From contig JAJZJL010000002.1 in NCBI GenBank assembly GCA_021810145.1, positions 4,643 to 68,642 of the forward strand: a stretch of 64,000 nucleotides of DNA, in the 5' to 3' direction. The notes under the pieces were generated by a model that was not told where the DNA came from, did no database searches, and was given only the letters and a program-made list of their open reading frames with translations. Source of the stretch: Planctomycetota bacterium. Lineage in GTDB: Bacteria; Planctomycetota; Phycisphaerae; WQYP01. A program made the translations under genes and the position numbers. This document shows, piece by piece, positions 1 to 9,206 of the stretch (position 1 is its first letter; the number at the start of each line of letters is the position of its first letter).

Positions 1-528
1 AAGCGGATGATCCGATCCGGGATCACCGACTTTTCTCCGATTGGCGCCAATGGATCGCCATAATGCCACAAGATTGGCCGCCCCCACCATCGAAAGTAAT
101 AACGCCGACACGATCCCGCCGAATATACCGCCGAATGCCATTAAGTGGCTTAGCGCGCTGCGCACCTGTTGCACGCTTAAAATAAGTAAAAGCGACAGCA
201 CCATGACCACCGTGGAATGCCCGAGAGAAAACATGAAACCCACGGAGACGCTCTGCCGGCCTTCGCTTAGAAGCCGGCGGGTAATACTGTCGATGGCGGC
301 GATATGGTCGGCATCCATCGCATGGCGCAGGCCGAAAGCGAAAGCCAGAATAGCCAGTGCCAGAAGCGATTGATTGTCGGCCAGGATCAGAACGCTTAAC
401 GTCCAGAGAAACAATCCCATCAGCAGCAGAGATGACAACAAGGCGATTGCCCGCTGCCTCAAGGCGTCAAGCGAATCGCCCTTAGTTCCAGCGCGCCGCA
501 GCAGGAATTCGGTGCGGCTGAATAACAT
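1..528 (-). CDS. NiCoT-family high-affinity nickel/cobalt permease (HoxN/NixA-like). Partial; the 3' end runs off the window start.
   Basis: Minus-strand translation from the ATG at 528 (GGAGAA RBS 6 nt upstream) reads MLFSRTEFLLRR...FGLRHAMDADHIAAIDSITR...FSLGHSTVVM. The HAxDADHIAAID segment is the NiCoT signature motif. The frame stays open to position 1, so the ORF track does not list it. An alternative in-frame ATG at 549 overlaps the hppA stop (TGATG). Confidence 0.75.
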   Translation of the reverse strand, partial: MLFSRTEFLLRRAGTKGDSLDALRQRAIALLSSLLLMGLFLWTLSVLILADNQSLLALAILAFAFGLRHAMDADHIAAIDSITRRLLSEGRQSVSVGFMFSLGHSTVVMVLSLLLILSVQQVRSALSHLMAFGGIFGGIVSALLLSMVGAANLVALWRSIGANRRKVGDPGSDHPL

Positions 529-548
529 TGACGTTCTCCATTGTTCCA

Positions 549-3173
549 TCACACCGATTCAAGCTGCTTTTCCATTTCCGCCATTTCCCGGGTTTCATGC
601 TTGGAGCGGTATACGGCCCAGGCGATCACCGCGATTGCCAATACGCCGATGGTTGCGGCAATCCAGGGAAATGGGCTTAATGGGTGGACGACGACGGAAT
701 TGTGCATGTTGCTTTCGGCTCTCCAAAGTGAAGCATCGAAGGGCAGCATCAGCGGCAATGCCAGCAGCGCCACCATGTTCATGACTTTTAACAGAGGATT
801 AATCGCAGGTCCGGCGGTATCCTTCAGCGGATCACCGACGGTGTCGCCGGTAACGGAGGCTTTGTGGCGTTCAGAACCTTTGCCGGTATTGGCTTTCAAA
901 TTCCGGGCTTCATCTTCAATGGTTTTCTTGGCGTTGTCCCAGGCACCGCCGGAATTGGTCATGAATACCGCCAGCAATTGTCCGGAAAGAATCGCTCCCG
1001 CAAGAAAGCCGGCCAGCGCAACCACGCCCAGAAGAAATCCCACGAGAATCGGCGAGAGAATGGCCAGGAATCCCGGTCCGATTAACTCACGCTGGGCCGT
1101 GGCTGTGCAGATATTGACCACTCGGGCATAATCAGGTTTGGTTTCACCGCTCCAGATTTTTTCATCCTGAAACTGCAATCGACATTCCTTGACAATTAAA
1201 AACGCCGCACGCCCCACGGCGCGAATGGTCATCGAACTGAAAAGGAACGGCACAGCGCCGCCCAGCAGCAATCCGACCAGCAATTTCGGACTGGCAACGG
1301 TCATAATACCGGAGATAACCTGATAAGCCTCACCGCTGATGCGCGCATGATCAGATACGCCTCCGGTAGCCACGAGCGTAATAAATGCCGCGTAAAGACT
1401 CACTGCCGCAATGACAGCCGAACCGATCGCCACGCCCTTGGTCAGTGCTTTGGTGGTATTGCCCGTGGCATCCAGATCCGCGAGTACCTGCCGGGCGGCA
1501 CTGTGCTGCTGCGCTCCCATTTCTTCCGCATCGTAACCCATTTCACCTATGCCGTTGGCATTATCCGCCACCGGGCCGAAGACATCCATACTCAGTGTGT
1601 TACCGGCAAGTGTCAGCATTCCGATACCGACCATGGCAACACCGTAAGCGACAAAAATTGGATTGGTCCCGTAAAATATCAGGCTGCTGGCGGTAAGACA
1701 GCAGGAAATGATAACAATGGCACTGACGCTGCTTTCCAGCCCCACCGCCAATCCGGCGATGATGTTGGTGGCATGTCCGGTGGAACAGGATTTAACCAGT
1801 GAATCCACCGGAGGCTCATGGGTTCCGGTGAAATATTCGGTCGATAAATTCAGCGTAAGAGCCAATATCACGCCAATGAACGTAGCCTCCGCCGGGCGCA
1901 TATCCAAACCCTGAATACCGAAATTAGCCCACCATGGCGCGGAACCCAGTACATGCTTCAAACTCGGATTGGCGGCAATTGCGGCGGCCCCAAAACGCAG
2001 ATAGAGAAATCCCACCAGCAGGAAGCCGACCGTGCTGATGACGGCACCAAGACGATAGCCGCGATTAATGGCGGCCATGGCATCTTTATCCGATCCCTTG
2101 TCCGCGGCCCGCACGCTGAACGTGGCAATCATATCCGAGCAAACCCCCACCGCCCGCACCAGCAACGGAAAAAGCATTCCGATGTGCCCGAAACTGGCCC
2201 AGCCCAGAATCATGGCCGCGACCATTGTCACTTCGTAACTTTCAAAAATATCGGCAGCCATACCCGCGCAATCACCGACATTATCGCCGACATTATCCGC
2301 TATTGTTGCGGCATTACGCGGATCGTCTTCCGGAATATCCTTTTCCACTTTTCCGACAAGGTCAGCACCGACATCGGCGGCTTTGGTATAAATTCCCCCG
2401 CCGACACGCATGAACAAAGCCAGGAGCGTTCCGCCAAAACCAAACCCCAGTAACGCTTCGGGAGCCCGATTACCGAAATACATAAAAATGGTCGTTGCCC
2501 CCAGAAGCCCCAGGCCGTCGTTCAGCATGCCCGTTACGGTTCCCGTGCGATAACCGAGTTGCAGCGCTTTTCCAAAACCCTGGCGGGCGGCGGCAGCCAC
2601 TACCACGTTGCCTTCCGTTGCCATCAGCATACCAATGGTTCCCACGGCCATGGAAAACAGGGATCCCATGAGAAAGGCAATACCGCGACCAATCGGTAGA
2701 CTGGCTCCCGCCGCCGTTGTCCAACTGGCGGTACCCACCAGGATAAAGGTGATCAGCACAATTAAAGGCAACAGGGTTCGGCGTTGCCGGCCAAGATATG
2801 CGATTGAGCCTTGCCGGATGGCATGGGCAACTTCCTTCATTTTTTCCGTTCCATGATCCGCCCGGCGGATAATCCGCATGAGCAGTACGGCATACGCCAA
2901 ACCGGCCAGCGCGATAAACAAAACAGCAAAGAGAGCATAACGTTCAAAAGCGGTAAACGTGGATGTGTATAGAAATCCAAAAGGATGAAATACGCCGGTG
3001 ACAGAGTTCTGCACATGGGCCGCCCCGGGCACCGAACCCTCGGGATAATGGCTGCGCGTTAACGTTATGTAGACAGCGAGAAACAGGATCAGAACGCCAG
3101 TCATGGCTGCACTTTTCGCATGGCCTGCGATAAAGGTTTTCAATTCACTCCAGGACATTGGCATAAAGAACAT
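549..3173 (-). CDS. hppA: Membrane-bound proton-translocating inorganic pyrophosphatase (H+-PPase).
   Basis: 874-aa polytopic protein with GGG(I)YTKAADVGADLVGKVE, DNVGDNVGDCAGMAADIFESY and DATGNTTKA motifs typical of V-type H+-PPases. The Lys in GNTTKA suggests a K+-independent type. It has a ~95-aa N-terminal extension with extra TM helices, so the true start may be a downstream Met. Confidence 0.92.
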   Translation of the reverse strand: MFFMPMSWSELKTFIAGHAKSAAMTGVLILFLAVYITLTRSHYPEGSVPGAAHVQNSVTGVFHPFGFLYTSTFTAFERYALFAVLFIALAGLAYAVLLMRIIRRADHGTEKMKEVAHAIRQGSIAYLGRQRRTLLPLIVLITFILVGTASWTTAAGASLPIGRGIAFLMGSLFSMAVGTIGMLMATEGNVVVAAAARQGFGKALQLGYRTGTVTGMLNDGLGLLGATTIFMYFGNRAPEALLGFGFGGTLLALFMRVGGGIYTKAADVGADLVGKVEKDIPEDDPRNAATIADNVGDNVGDCAGMAADIFESYEVTMVAAMILGWASFGHIGMLFPLLVRAVGVCSDMIATFSVRAADKGSDKDAMAAINRGYRLGAVISTVGFLLVGFLYLRFGAAAIAANPSLKHVLGSAPWWANFGIQGLDMRPAEATFIGVILALTLNLSTEYFTGTHEPPVDSLVKSCSTGHATNIIAGLAVGLESSVSAIVIISCCLTASSLIFYGTNPIFVAYGVAMVGIGMLTLAGNTLSMDVFGPVADNANGIGEMGYDAEEMGAQQHSAARQVLADLDATGNTTKALTKGVAIGSAVIAAVSLYAAFITLVATGGVSDHARISGEAYQVISGIMTVASPKLLVGLLLGGAVPFLFSSMTIRAVGRAAFLIVKECRLQFQDEKIWSGETKPDYARVVNICTATAQRELIGPGFLAILSPILVGFLLGVVALAGFLAGAILSGQLLAVFMTNSGGAWDNAKKTIEDEARNLKANTGKGSERHKASVTGDTVGDPLKDTAGPAINPLLKVMNMVALLALPLMLPFDASLWRAESNMHNSVVVHPLSPFPWIAATIGVLAIAVIAWAVYRSKHETREMAEMEKQLESV

Positions 3174-3751
3174 CCTTTCCGCGCACAGTCAGCGCGATCC
3201 TCAACCCGCGCCCCGCCTGCTTCCAATTCCGTCTGGCATCGCAAAGCGCAACATATTTCCGCAGCTTGATTGTTATTGTTAGATGCACGAATGCGAAACG
3301 CAAGCGATATTTTTTAGATTGTTTATCCACCCACATCCATGTAAGTTTCGGCTACCGCCCTGGAATTCCGTCGGGATGCGATGAGCTTTCAATGACCGCT
3401 CTACCGGATGTGACATACATTTTACCCTTGTCAATACTTGATAATTGTGCATATTTCAGTCTGTCATGCGGGGATCGACATGCTCTTCGCCATGCACAGA
3501 TTTCACGAACATTCTCATGAGTGATTAGGACCTTTACGGATATGCGGACACGGAGATTCACCTATCCCCATTACCGCGTTTTTCTGATTCTGATTTTCAA
3601 CCATACGACCGCGGTTACGGACCTAAGATTTTCACCGATGGCCTTTATGGTTAAACGACCTATATCCGGTAGAGGGATTGTCCTGATGATTTTAACGGCA
3701 TCAGCACATTACCATTGAATCGATGCAGAGCAGAGGCTCGCTTGGGTGGTG

Positions 3752-3767
3752 TGTGAATCGATTCACG
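3752..3767 (+). promoter_or_regulatory. CRP/FNR-family-like palindrome TGTGA-N6-TCACG. It is embedded in a 30-bp near-perfect inverted repeat (~3745-3774), ~40 nt upstream of the hypF start.
   Basis: Read directly: ggtggtgTGTGAatcgatTCACGcaccacc. The arms are 15 bp with one mismatch. The spacing and half-sites match the CRP/FNR consensus TGTGA-N6-TCACA. It sits in the divergent hppA/hypF intergenic region. Confidence 0.4.
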
Positions 3768-3806
3768 CACCACCGGAAGCCTGATGGCTCGGCCGAGGTG
3801 TGCAGC

Positions 3807-6191
3807 ATGAACACACGGTGGGACAACCCGGACGTACAACGCCGCCGCTGGATCATCCACGGTCAGGTGCAGGGCGTGGGCTTCCGACCTTACGTCTATC
3901 GTCTGGCAAACCATGCACAAATCAGCGGCTTTGTGGCCAACGACGCGAGCGGGGTCATCATTGAAGCACAAGGACCGTGCGGAAAGCTGGAGTATTTCAG
4001 TGAAACACTCCAGCGCAATGCACCACCGCTGGCCCGGATCGACGACATGACGCAGGTCATTATTGACCAGCAGGCAGACGAGCACGATTTTTACATCATG
4101 CCAAGTGACGGCCGCGGGCCGGTCCACACCGCCGTCACTCCCGATACCGCATTGTGCGACGAATGTCGGCAGGAAATGTTTGATCCATCCAATCTCCGAT
4201 TTCATCACGCGCTGATCACCTGTACCAATTGCGGCCCGCGCTACAGCATTATTCTTGACGTTCCATACGACCGCCCCGCCACGACCATGGCATCATTTAC
4301 GATGTGCAACCGGTGTTATAAGCAATACAACGCGCCGGCCGACCGACGATTCCACGCCCAGCCCATCTGCTGCCCGGATTGCGGACCTCATATTGAACTG
4401 GTCGACACCGGGGGCCAACCGCTGCCGGGCGATCCGATTGTACAGGCGGCGGAAATGCTGCTGAACGGCGCGATCATCGCCATTAAAGGCATCGGCGGCT
4501 TTCATTTGGCGGCGCGCGCCGATGATGAGTCGGCGATCATGCGATTGCGCGAACACAAACTGCGTGACAACAAACCATTTGCCATTATGTGCCGCAGCGT
4601 GTCTGACGCCCGGCAGTTTATAAAAATCAGCCCACAAGGCCAGAAAGCCATGGAATCCGCAATGGCACCGATTATTCTGGCCATGCGGCAACCTGATGCA
4701 CCCGTGGCGCGGGCAGTGGCGGGTGCCAACTGTCGGCTGGGAGTGATGCTTCCATACACGCCCATTCAACATCTGCTTTTTTCTCAAATGGCGAAGGCTT
4801 TGACGGCCCTGGTAATGACCAGCGGCAATATCACAGACGAACCTCTGGCGATCGGCAATTCCGAGGCAATAGAGCGGCTGGGCGGCATGTGCGATGCGTT
4901 TTTGTGGCATAACCGCCCGATCGCCCGCTGTATTGATGACTCGGTACTTTTGGATATGGGACCGGGACAACCACCTGTGCCGATCAGACGTTCGCGCGGC
5001 TATGTTCCATCAGCGATAGCGCTGCATACGGGAACAGGCGTAACCGGTTTATGCCTGGGTGGAGAGTTGAAAAACACCGTCGGCCTTGTAATGGATTCAC
5101 AGGTCATATTAAGCCAGCATCTGGGGGATCTCACCAACCAGTTGGCGCGAACGCAGTTCATCCGGAGCATTAATGATTTGTGCCGATTGTACAAAGCCAC
5201 GCCACAATTCATAGCCCATGACATGCATCCGCTCTATATCAGCGCCCGGCACGCCGCACAGTTGGCGGCGCAATTTAATGCACCGCTGATTGCCGTACAG
5301 CACCATCATGCGCATGCTGCGTCCGTAATGGCTGAACATGCTGTGCACGGTCCGGTTTTGGCGTTGATCTGTGATGGGACCGGATTGGGCCTCGATGACA
5401 CGGGCTGGGGTTGCGAACTGCTGTGCGCAAGTGCCACGGCCTTCCATCGCGTTGCATCGCTGAATCCGATTCTCCTGCCCGGCGGAGATGTGGCGGCAAA
5501 GGATATTACCCGCAGCGCCGTAGCGCTTCTCTATCAGAGCTTTGGAATGGAATTTGACCAGCATCCCGCCGCGCGGCGACTTGTTCCTGAGGATTCGGAT
5601 CGCAAGATGCTGAAACTCATGATGGCTCGAAAGCTGCAGTGTGTCAGTTCCAGCAGTGCCGGACGACTGTTTGACGGCGTGGCCGCGATGCTGGGACTTT
5701 GCACACGCAACTGCTTTGAAGCCCAGGCGCCCATGGCGCTGGAATCCGCAGCGGCCATGGCTCCGGCACGGGTTCAGACGGGGAAATTCTGGGAGATTAT
5801 GCACGATCAACAAGGCATCAAGAGACTGGACTTACGGCCTCTGATTCAATATCTGCTGCTGCAGCAGCAAAATGACATGCCGGTGGAATTACTGGCGGCG
5901 GTATTCCAAAGTCAGTTCGCGGCGGGATGGGAGGACATTATTTGCCGCGCGGCGGCTGATACACACATTGATACGGTGGCATTATCTGGCGGCGTATTTG
6001 CCAACCAGCTCTTCGCCAACGACCTGACGCATCGGCTGGAACATCACAACCTGAAGGTGCTGCGCCATCGCATCGTACCACCCAATGACGGTGGACTTGC
6101 GTTGGGTCAGGCGCTGGTGGCGGTAACCCGATGGATGAATGAATATGGCGGCTCGCAATCATCCGCTACGGAGTGTGGAACATGTGTTTAG
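3807..6191 (+). CDS. hypF: [NiFe]-hydrogenase maturation carbamoyltransferase HypF.
   Basis: N-terminal acylphosphatase domain (WIIHGQVQGVGFRPYVYRLA), tandem CxxC zinc fingers (CDECRQEMFDPSNLRFHHALITCTNCGPRYSII; CNRCYKQY...CCPDCGP), then YrdC and Kae1-like carbamoyltransferase regions. I chose the ATG at 3807 (GAGGTG RBS) rather than the ORF-track start at 3723. Confidence 0.92.
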   Translation: MNTRWDNPDVQRRRWIIHGQVQGVGFRPYVYRLANHAQISGFVANDASGVIIEAQGPCGKLEYFSETLQRNAPPLARIDDMTQVIIDQQADEHDFYIMPSDGRGPVHTAVTPDTALCDECRQEMFDPSNLRFHHALITCTNCGPRYSIILDVPYDRPATTMASFTMCNRCYKQYNAPADRRFHAQPICCPDCGPHIELVDTGGQPLPGDPIVQAAEMLLNGAIIAIKGIGGFHLAARADDESAIMRLREHKLRDNKPFAIMCRSVSDARQFIKISPQGQKAMESAMAPIILAMRQPDAPVARAVAGANCRLGVMLPYTPIQHLLFSQMAKALTALVMTSGNITDEPLAIGNSEAIERLGGMCDAFLWHNRPIARCIDDSVLLDMGPGQPPVPIRRSRGYVPSAIALHTGTGVTGLCLGGELKNTVGLVMDSQVILSQHLGDLTNQLARTQFIRSINDLCRLYKATPQFIAHDMHPLYISARHAAQLAAQFNAPLIAVQHHHAHAASVMAEHAVHGPVLALICDGTGLGLDDTGWGCELLCASATAFHRVASLNPILLPGGDVAAKDITRSAVALLYQSFGMEFDQHPAARRLVPEDSDRKMLKLMMARKLQCVSSSSAGRLFDGVAAMLGLCTRNCFEAQAPMALESAAAMAPARVQTGKFWEIMHDQQGIKRLDLRPLIQYLLLQQQNDMPVELLAAVFQSQFAAGWEDIICRAAADTHIDTVALSGGVFANQLFANDLTHRLEHHNLKVLRHRIVPPNDGGLALGQALVAVTRWMNEYGGSQSSATECGTCV

Positions 6192-6469
6192 CGGTACCGG
6201 CAAAACTGATTCGACAGGATGGCCAGCAGGGCATTGTCGACCTGCACGGCAATCGCCTGCCGGTTAATACGATGATGACTCCCGAGGCCAAACCCGGCGA
6301 CTGGATCTTAATTCATGCCGGATTCGCCATCGAGCGGCTTAATCCGGAGGCGGCCCGTGAAACCTTTGCACTGTTGGAAGAAGTTGACCGAACCAGCGGC
6401 AACAGCGATTACCGGCCCGATGCGCAACAAAACACCGCAACACCGGCTGTGCGAGGAGATATGTCATGA
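6182..6469 (+). CDS. hypC: Hydrogenase maturation factor HypC/HupF.
   Basis: Starts MCLAVPAKLI. The Met-Cys start is the HypC hallmark and the protein has an OB-fold-like sequence. GGAG sits 9 nt upstream. It overlaps the hypF stop. The C-terminal extension is longer than in canonical ~90-aa HypC. Confidence 0.85.
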   Translation: MCLAVPAKLIRQDGQQGIVDLHGNRLPVNTMMTPEAKPGDWILIHAGFAIERLNPEAARETFALLEEVDRTSGNSDYRPDAQQNTATPAVRGDMS

Positions 6470-7602
6470 GTTCGACACACGCCTTCACGGATAATCTGTT
6501 GCAGCGCCTGCGGGAAGCGGCAGCAGCCATTGGACAGAACGTGGCGTTCATGGAAGTATGCGGAACGCATACCACCAGCGCTTTTCGTTGCGGCTTGCCC
6601 AGCGTTCTGCCTCCCAATGTACGACTCATCAGCGGGCCGGGCTGTCCGGTGTGTGTCACGTCCCAGGGCGATATTGACAGGCTCATTGATCTCGGCGCGC
6701 GGCGGGATGTCATTTTATGCACCTACGGCGACATGCTGCGGGTTCCGGGACGGCATGGAAATCTTGAAAATGCCCGGGTACGTGGAGGCCGGATTGAGGT
6801 TGTCTACAGCAGCATGGACGCAGTAAAACTGGCGCAAAAGCAACCGGATCGTGAAGTGGTATTTGCCGCGGTAGGCTTTGAAACCACCGCTCCGGCCACG
6901 GCTGCGGCCATTTGCGAAGCGCAACGGCTCAATATTGGAAATTTCAGCGTCCTGGCAAGTCACAAACGCATCATTCCCGCGATGCGGGCACTTTTGACCG
7001 ATGGAGAAATTCCCAAAATCAAAGGATTTCTCTGTCCGGGGCATGTGTCGGTGATTATCGGCTCGGAAGTATATCAGAGCATTGTTGATCAGTTCGGGGT
7101 GTCATGTGTGGTCGGTGGTTTTGAACCACCGCAATTGCTTTCCGCCCTGGTATGTCTGATCGAACTGGTTGTAAATAACAAAACCGCCCTGGTGAATCAG
7201 TACCCCGAAGCGGTGCACGCCAGGGGAAATCGCTGGGCACTGACACTGCTTGAGAAGATTTTTGAACCCGGCGCGGCCCGCTGGCGCGGCATGGGTACCA
7301 TACCTGACAGCGGCCTGATACTGCGAAGCGATTATCAGAGCTTTGATGCAGCACGGCGATTCAATCTGCCTGAACCGCAGGAGCGTGAACCGGCAGGATG
7401 TATTTGCGGCAAGGTTATCAGTGGCGCGGCGCTTCCCGGACAATGCCGGCTCTTTGGACGAGCCTGTACGCCCATTTCACCGATCGGCCCCTGCATGGTC
7501 AGTTCCGAAGGTACATGCTCGGCATGGTTTAAGTATGGTAAAAGCAACCAACGGACAATTCCGCCTGCACACTTAAATGAATTGCTGGAGGTTTCGTCAT
7601 GA
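6466..7602 (+). CDS. hypD: Hydrogenase maturation factor HypD.
   Basis: FMEVCGTHT, GPGCPVCV and CPGHVSVI Fe-S motifs characteristic of HypD. ATGA overlap with hypC. Confidence 0.92.
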   Translation: MSSTHAFTDNLLQRLREAAAAIGQNVAFMEVCGTHTTSAFRCGLPSVLPPNVRLISGPGCPVCVTSQGDIDRLIDLGARRDVILCTYGDMLRVPGRHGNLENARVRGGRIEVVYSSMDAVKLAQKQPDREVVFAAVGFETTAPATAAAICEAQRLNIGNFSVLASHKRIIPAMRALLTDGEIPKIKGFLCPGHVSVIIGSEVYQSIVDQFGVSCVVGGFEPPQLLSALVCLIELVVNNKTALVNQYPEAVHARGNRWALTLLEKIFEPGAARWRGMGTIPDSGLILRSDYQSFDAARRFNLPEPQEREPAGCICGKVISGAALPGQCRLFGRACTPISPIGPCMVSSEGTCSAWFKYGKSNQRTIPPAHLNELLEVSS

Positions 7603-8654
7603 ACAGACCATCTGTCAATCATGCAACAGCGCAGCTTCACGCCACACCCGCGCCATTTACGCACATCGCCTTGGCACATGGCGGCGGTGGGCAATTAACC
7701 GATGCACTGCTGCGCGATATTGTCATGCCCCGACTGGGTAATCCGGCGTTATCCCAGCTTCTGGACTCCGGGATTATTCCAGGCGGAAAACTCGCCTTAA
7801 CCATTGACAGCTACGTTGTTCAACCGCTGTTTTTCCCCGGCGGCGATATTGGTCGCCTGGCCGTCAGCGGAACAGTCAATGATTTAGCCGTATGCGGCGC
7901 GCATCCGCGGGCTTTGGCGCTGTCGATGATTCTGGCGGAAGGTTTGGATCGCAAAGTGCTTGAGCGCGTGCTGGACTCGGTCGCGGCAACCGCCGGCGAA
8001 GCGGGCGTGAGGATTATTACCGGCGACACCAAAGTGGTGGGAAGCGGACAGGCGGACGGAATATATCTGACTTCGGCCGGGGTTGGTGAATTAATGGGCC
8101 ATCCGCTACCGCATCCGGATCATATCGAGCCTGGCGATGTGCTGATGATCAACGGCCCGATTGGAGAGCATGGCCTGGCAGTGATGCTGGCACGTGAAAT
8201 GCCCGAAGTGGAAAGTGCTTTACGCAGCGATGTATCGCCGCTCAATGGTCTTATCGAACACTTGCGATGCGCGGTTCCGGAGGTGGTTTTTATGCGTGAT
8301 CCGACGCGCGGTGGTCTGGCTGGCGTTGCCGCCGATCTGGCCGCACGCACGGGCTTGCGCATCAATCTCGAGGAAACGCACATTCCCATTCGCCCGGAGG
8401 CCAAACACGCCGCGGACATGCTGGGGCTGGACCCGCTGGACATTGCCAATGAAGGAAAAGTGTTTGTGGCGGTGCGGCCCGCCCAGGCCCAGGCCGCGCT
8501 TCATGCCATGCGACAACATCCGCAGGGACGTGAGTCGCAGATTATCGGCTATGTAACTTCTGAAAAAGACGGGGTCTGTACTCTGCATACGTCCATCGGC
8601 GGATGGAGAGTGCTGCAGAAGCCATATGGAGAACAATTGCCGCGCATCTGCTGA
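7599..8654 (+). CDS. hypE: Hydrogenase maturation factor HypE (AIR-synthase-related ATPase).
   Basis: PurM-like fold motifs (LAHGGGG, GDTKVVG) and the HypE-specific C-terminal ...PRIC with the terminal Cys. ATGA overlap with hypD. Confidence 0.92.
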   Translation: MNRPSVNHATAQLHATPAPFTHIALAHGGGGQLTDALLRDIVMPRLGNPALSQLLDSGIIPGGKLALTIDSYVVQPLFFPGGDIGRLAVSGTVNDLAVCGAHPRALALSMILAEGLDRKVLERVLDSVAATAGEAGVRIITGDTKVVGSGQADGIYLTSAGVGELMGHPLPHPDHIEPGDVLMINGPIGEHGLAVMLAREMPEVESALRSDVSPLNGLIEHLRCAVPEVVFMRDPTRGGLAGVAADLAARTGLRINLEETHIPIRPEAKHAADMLGLDPLDIANEGKVFVAVRPAQAQAALHAMRQHPQGRESQIIGYVTSEKDGVCTLHTSIGGWRVLQKPYGEQLPRIC

Positions 8655-8693
8655 AGTCAAGCGGGATGTTGCAGCTTTGAAGGAGGTTTTACC

Positions 8694-9206
8694 ATGCCAG
8701 TTAATACGGTTCTACCCAAGCCTCCCACCGAAGACAAACGGTGGAAAATTATTGAAACCACCATGCGGCGCAATGATTTCCAACCCGACGCCCTGATTGA
8801 AAGTCTGCACAGCGTGCAGCAGACGTTCGGCTTTCTGGATATTCCATCCATGCGTTGGGTGGCCGCAGCGCTGAAAGTGCCTCTGTCCAAGGTGTACGGC
8901 GTTGCAACATTTTATCATTTTTTCACACTTAAACCGCAGGGGAAGCATGTTTGTGTCGTCTGCATGGGAACGGCATGTTACATCAAAGGCGGCCGGCAGC
9001 TTCTGGATGAAATACAGCGGCATTATGCCATTGCGGAAGGACAGACCACCAAAGATGGCCAGCTTTCCCTGCTGGTGGCCCGATGCATTGGAGCATGCGG
9101 CTTGGCTCCGACGGTGGTGGTTGACGGAAATGTTCTTGGCAAACGGTCTGCCGCGGAACTTCTGGCGGCTCTGGATGAAACGGTGGAAAGGAAGCGGCAA
9201 TCATGA
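8694..9206 (+). CDS. hoxE: Bidirectional hydrogenase diaphorase subunit HoxE (NuoE-like 2Fe-2S thioredoxin-fold protein).
   Basis: CxxxxC...CIGACGLAP NuoE-type 2Fe-2S motif (VCVVCMGTACYIKGG...ARCIGACGLAPTVVVDG). Sits upstream of hoxF. Confidence 0.85.
   Translation: MPVNTVLPKPPTEDKRWKIIETTMRRNDFQPDALIESLHSVQQTFGFLDIPSMRWVAAALKVPLSKVYGVATFYHFFTLKPQGKHVCVVCMGTACYIKGGRQLLDEIQRHYAIAEGQTTKDGQLSLLVARCIGACGLAPTVVVDGNVLGKRSAAELLAALDETVERKRQS

Noticed and set aside
41-1131. Plus-strand ORFs 41-373, 374-784 and 541-1131 at the window start
   Set aside because: Low-complexity translations antisense to the NiCoT permease and the H+-PPase 3' end.
3723-3806. N-terminal 28 codons of the listed hypF ORF
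   Set aside because: HypF homologs begin at the acylphosphatase domain. The ATG at 3807 has a good RBS. The extra segment contains a palindromic operator-like site, so I treat it as non-coding.
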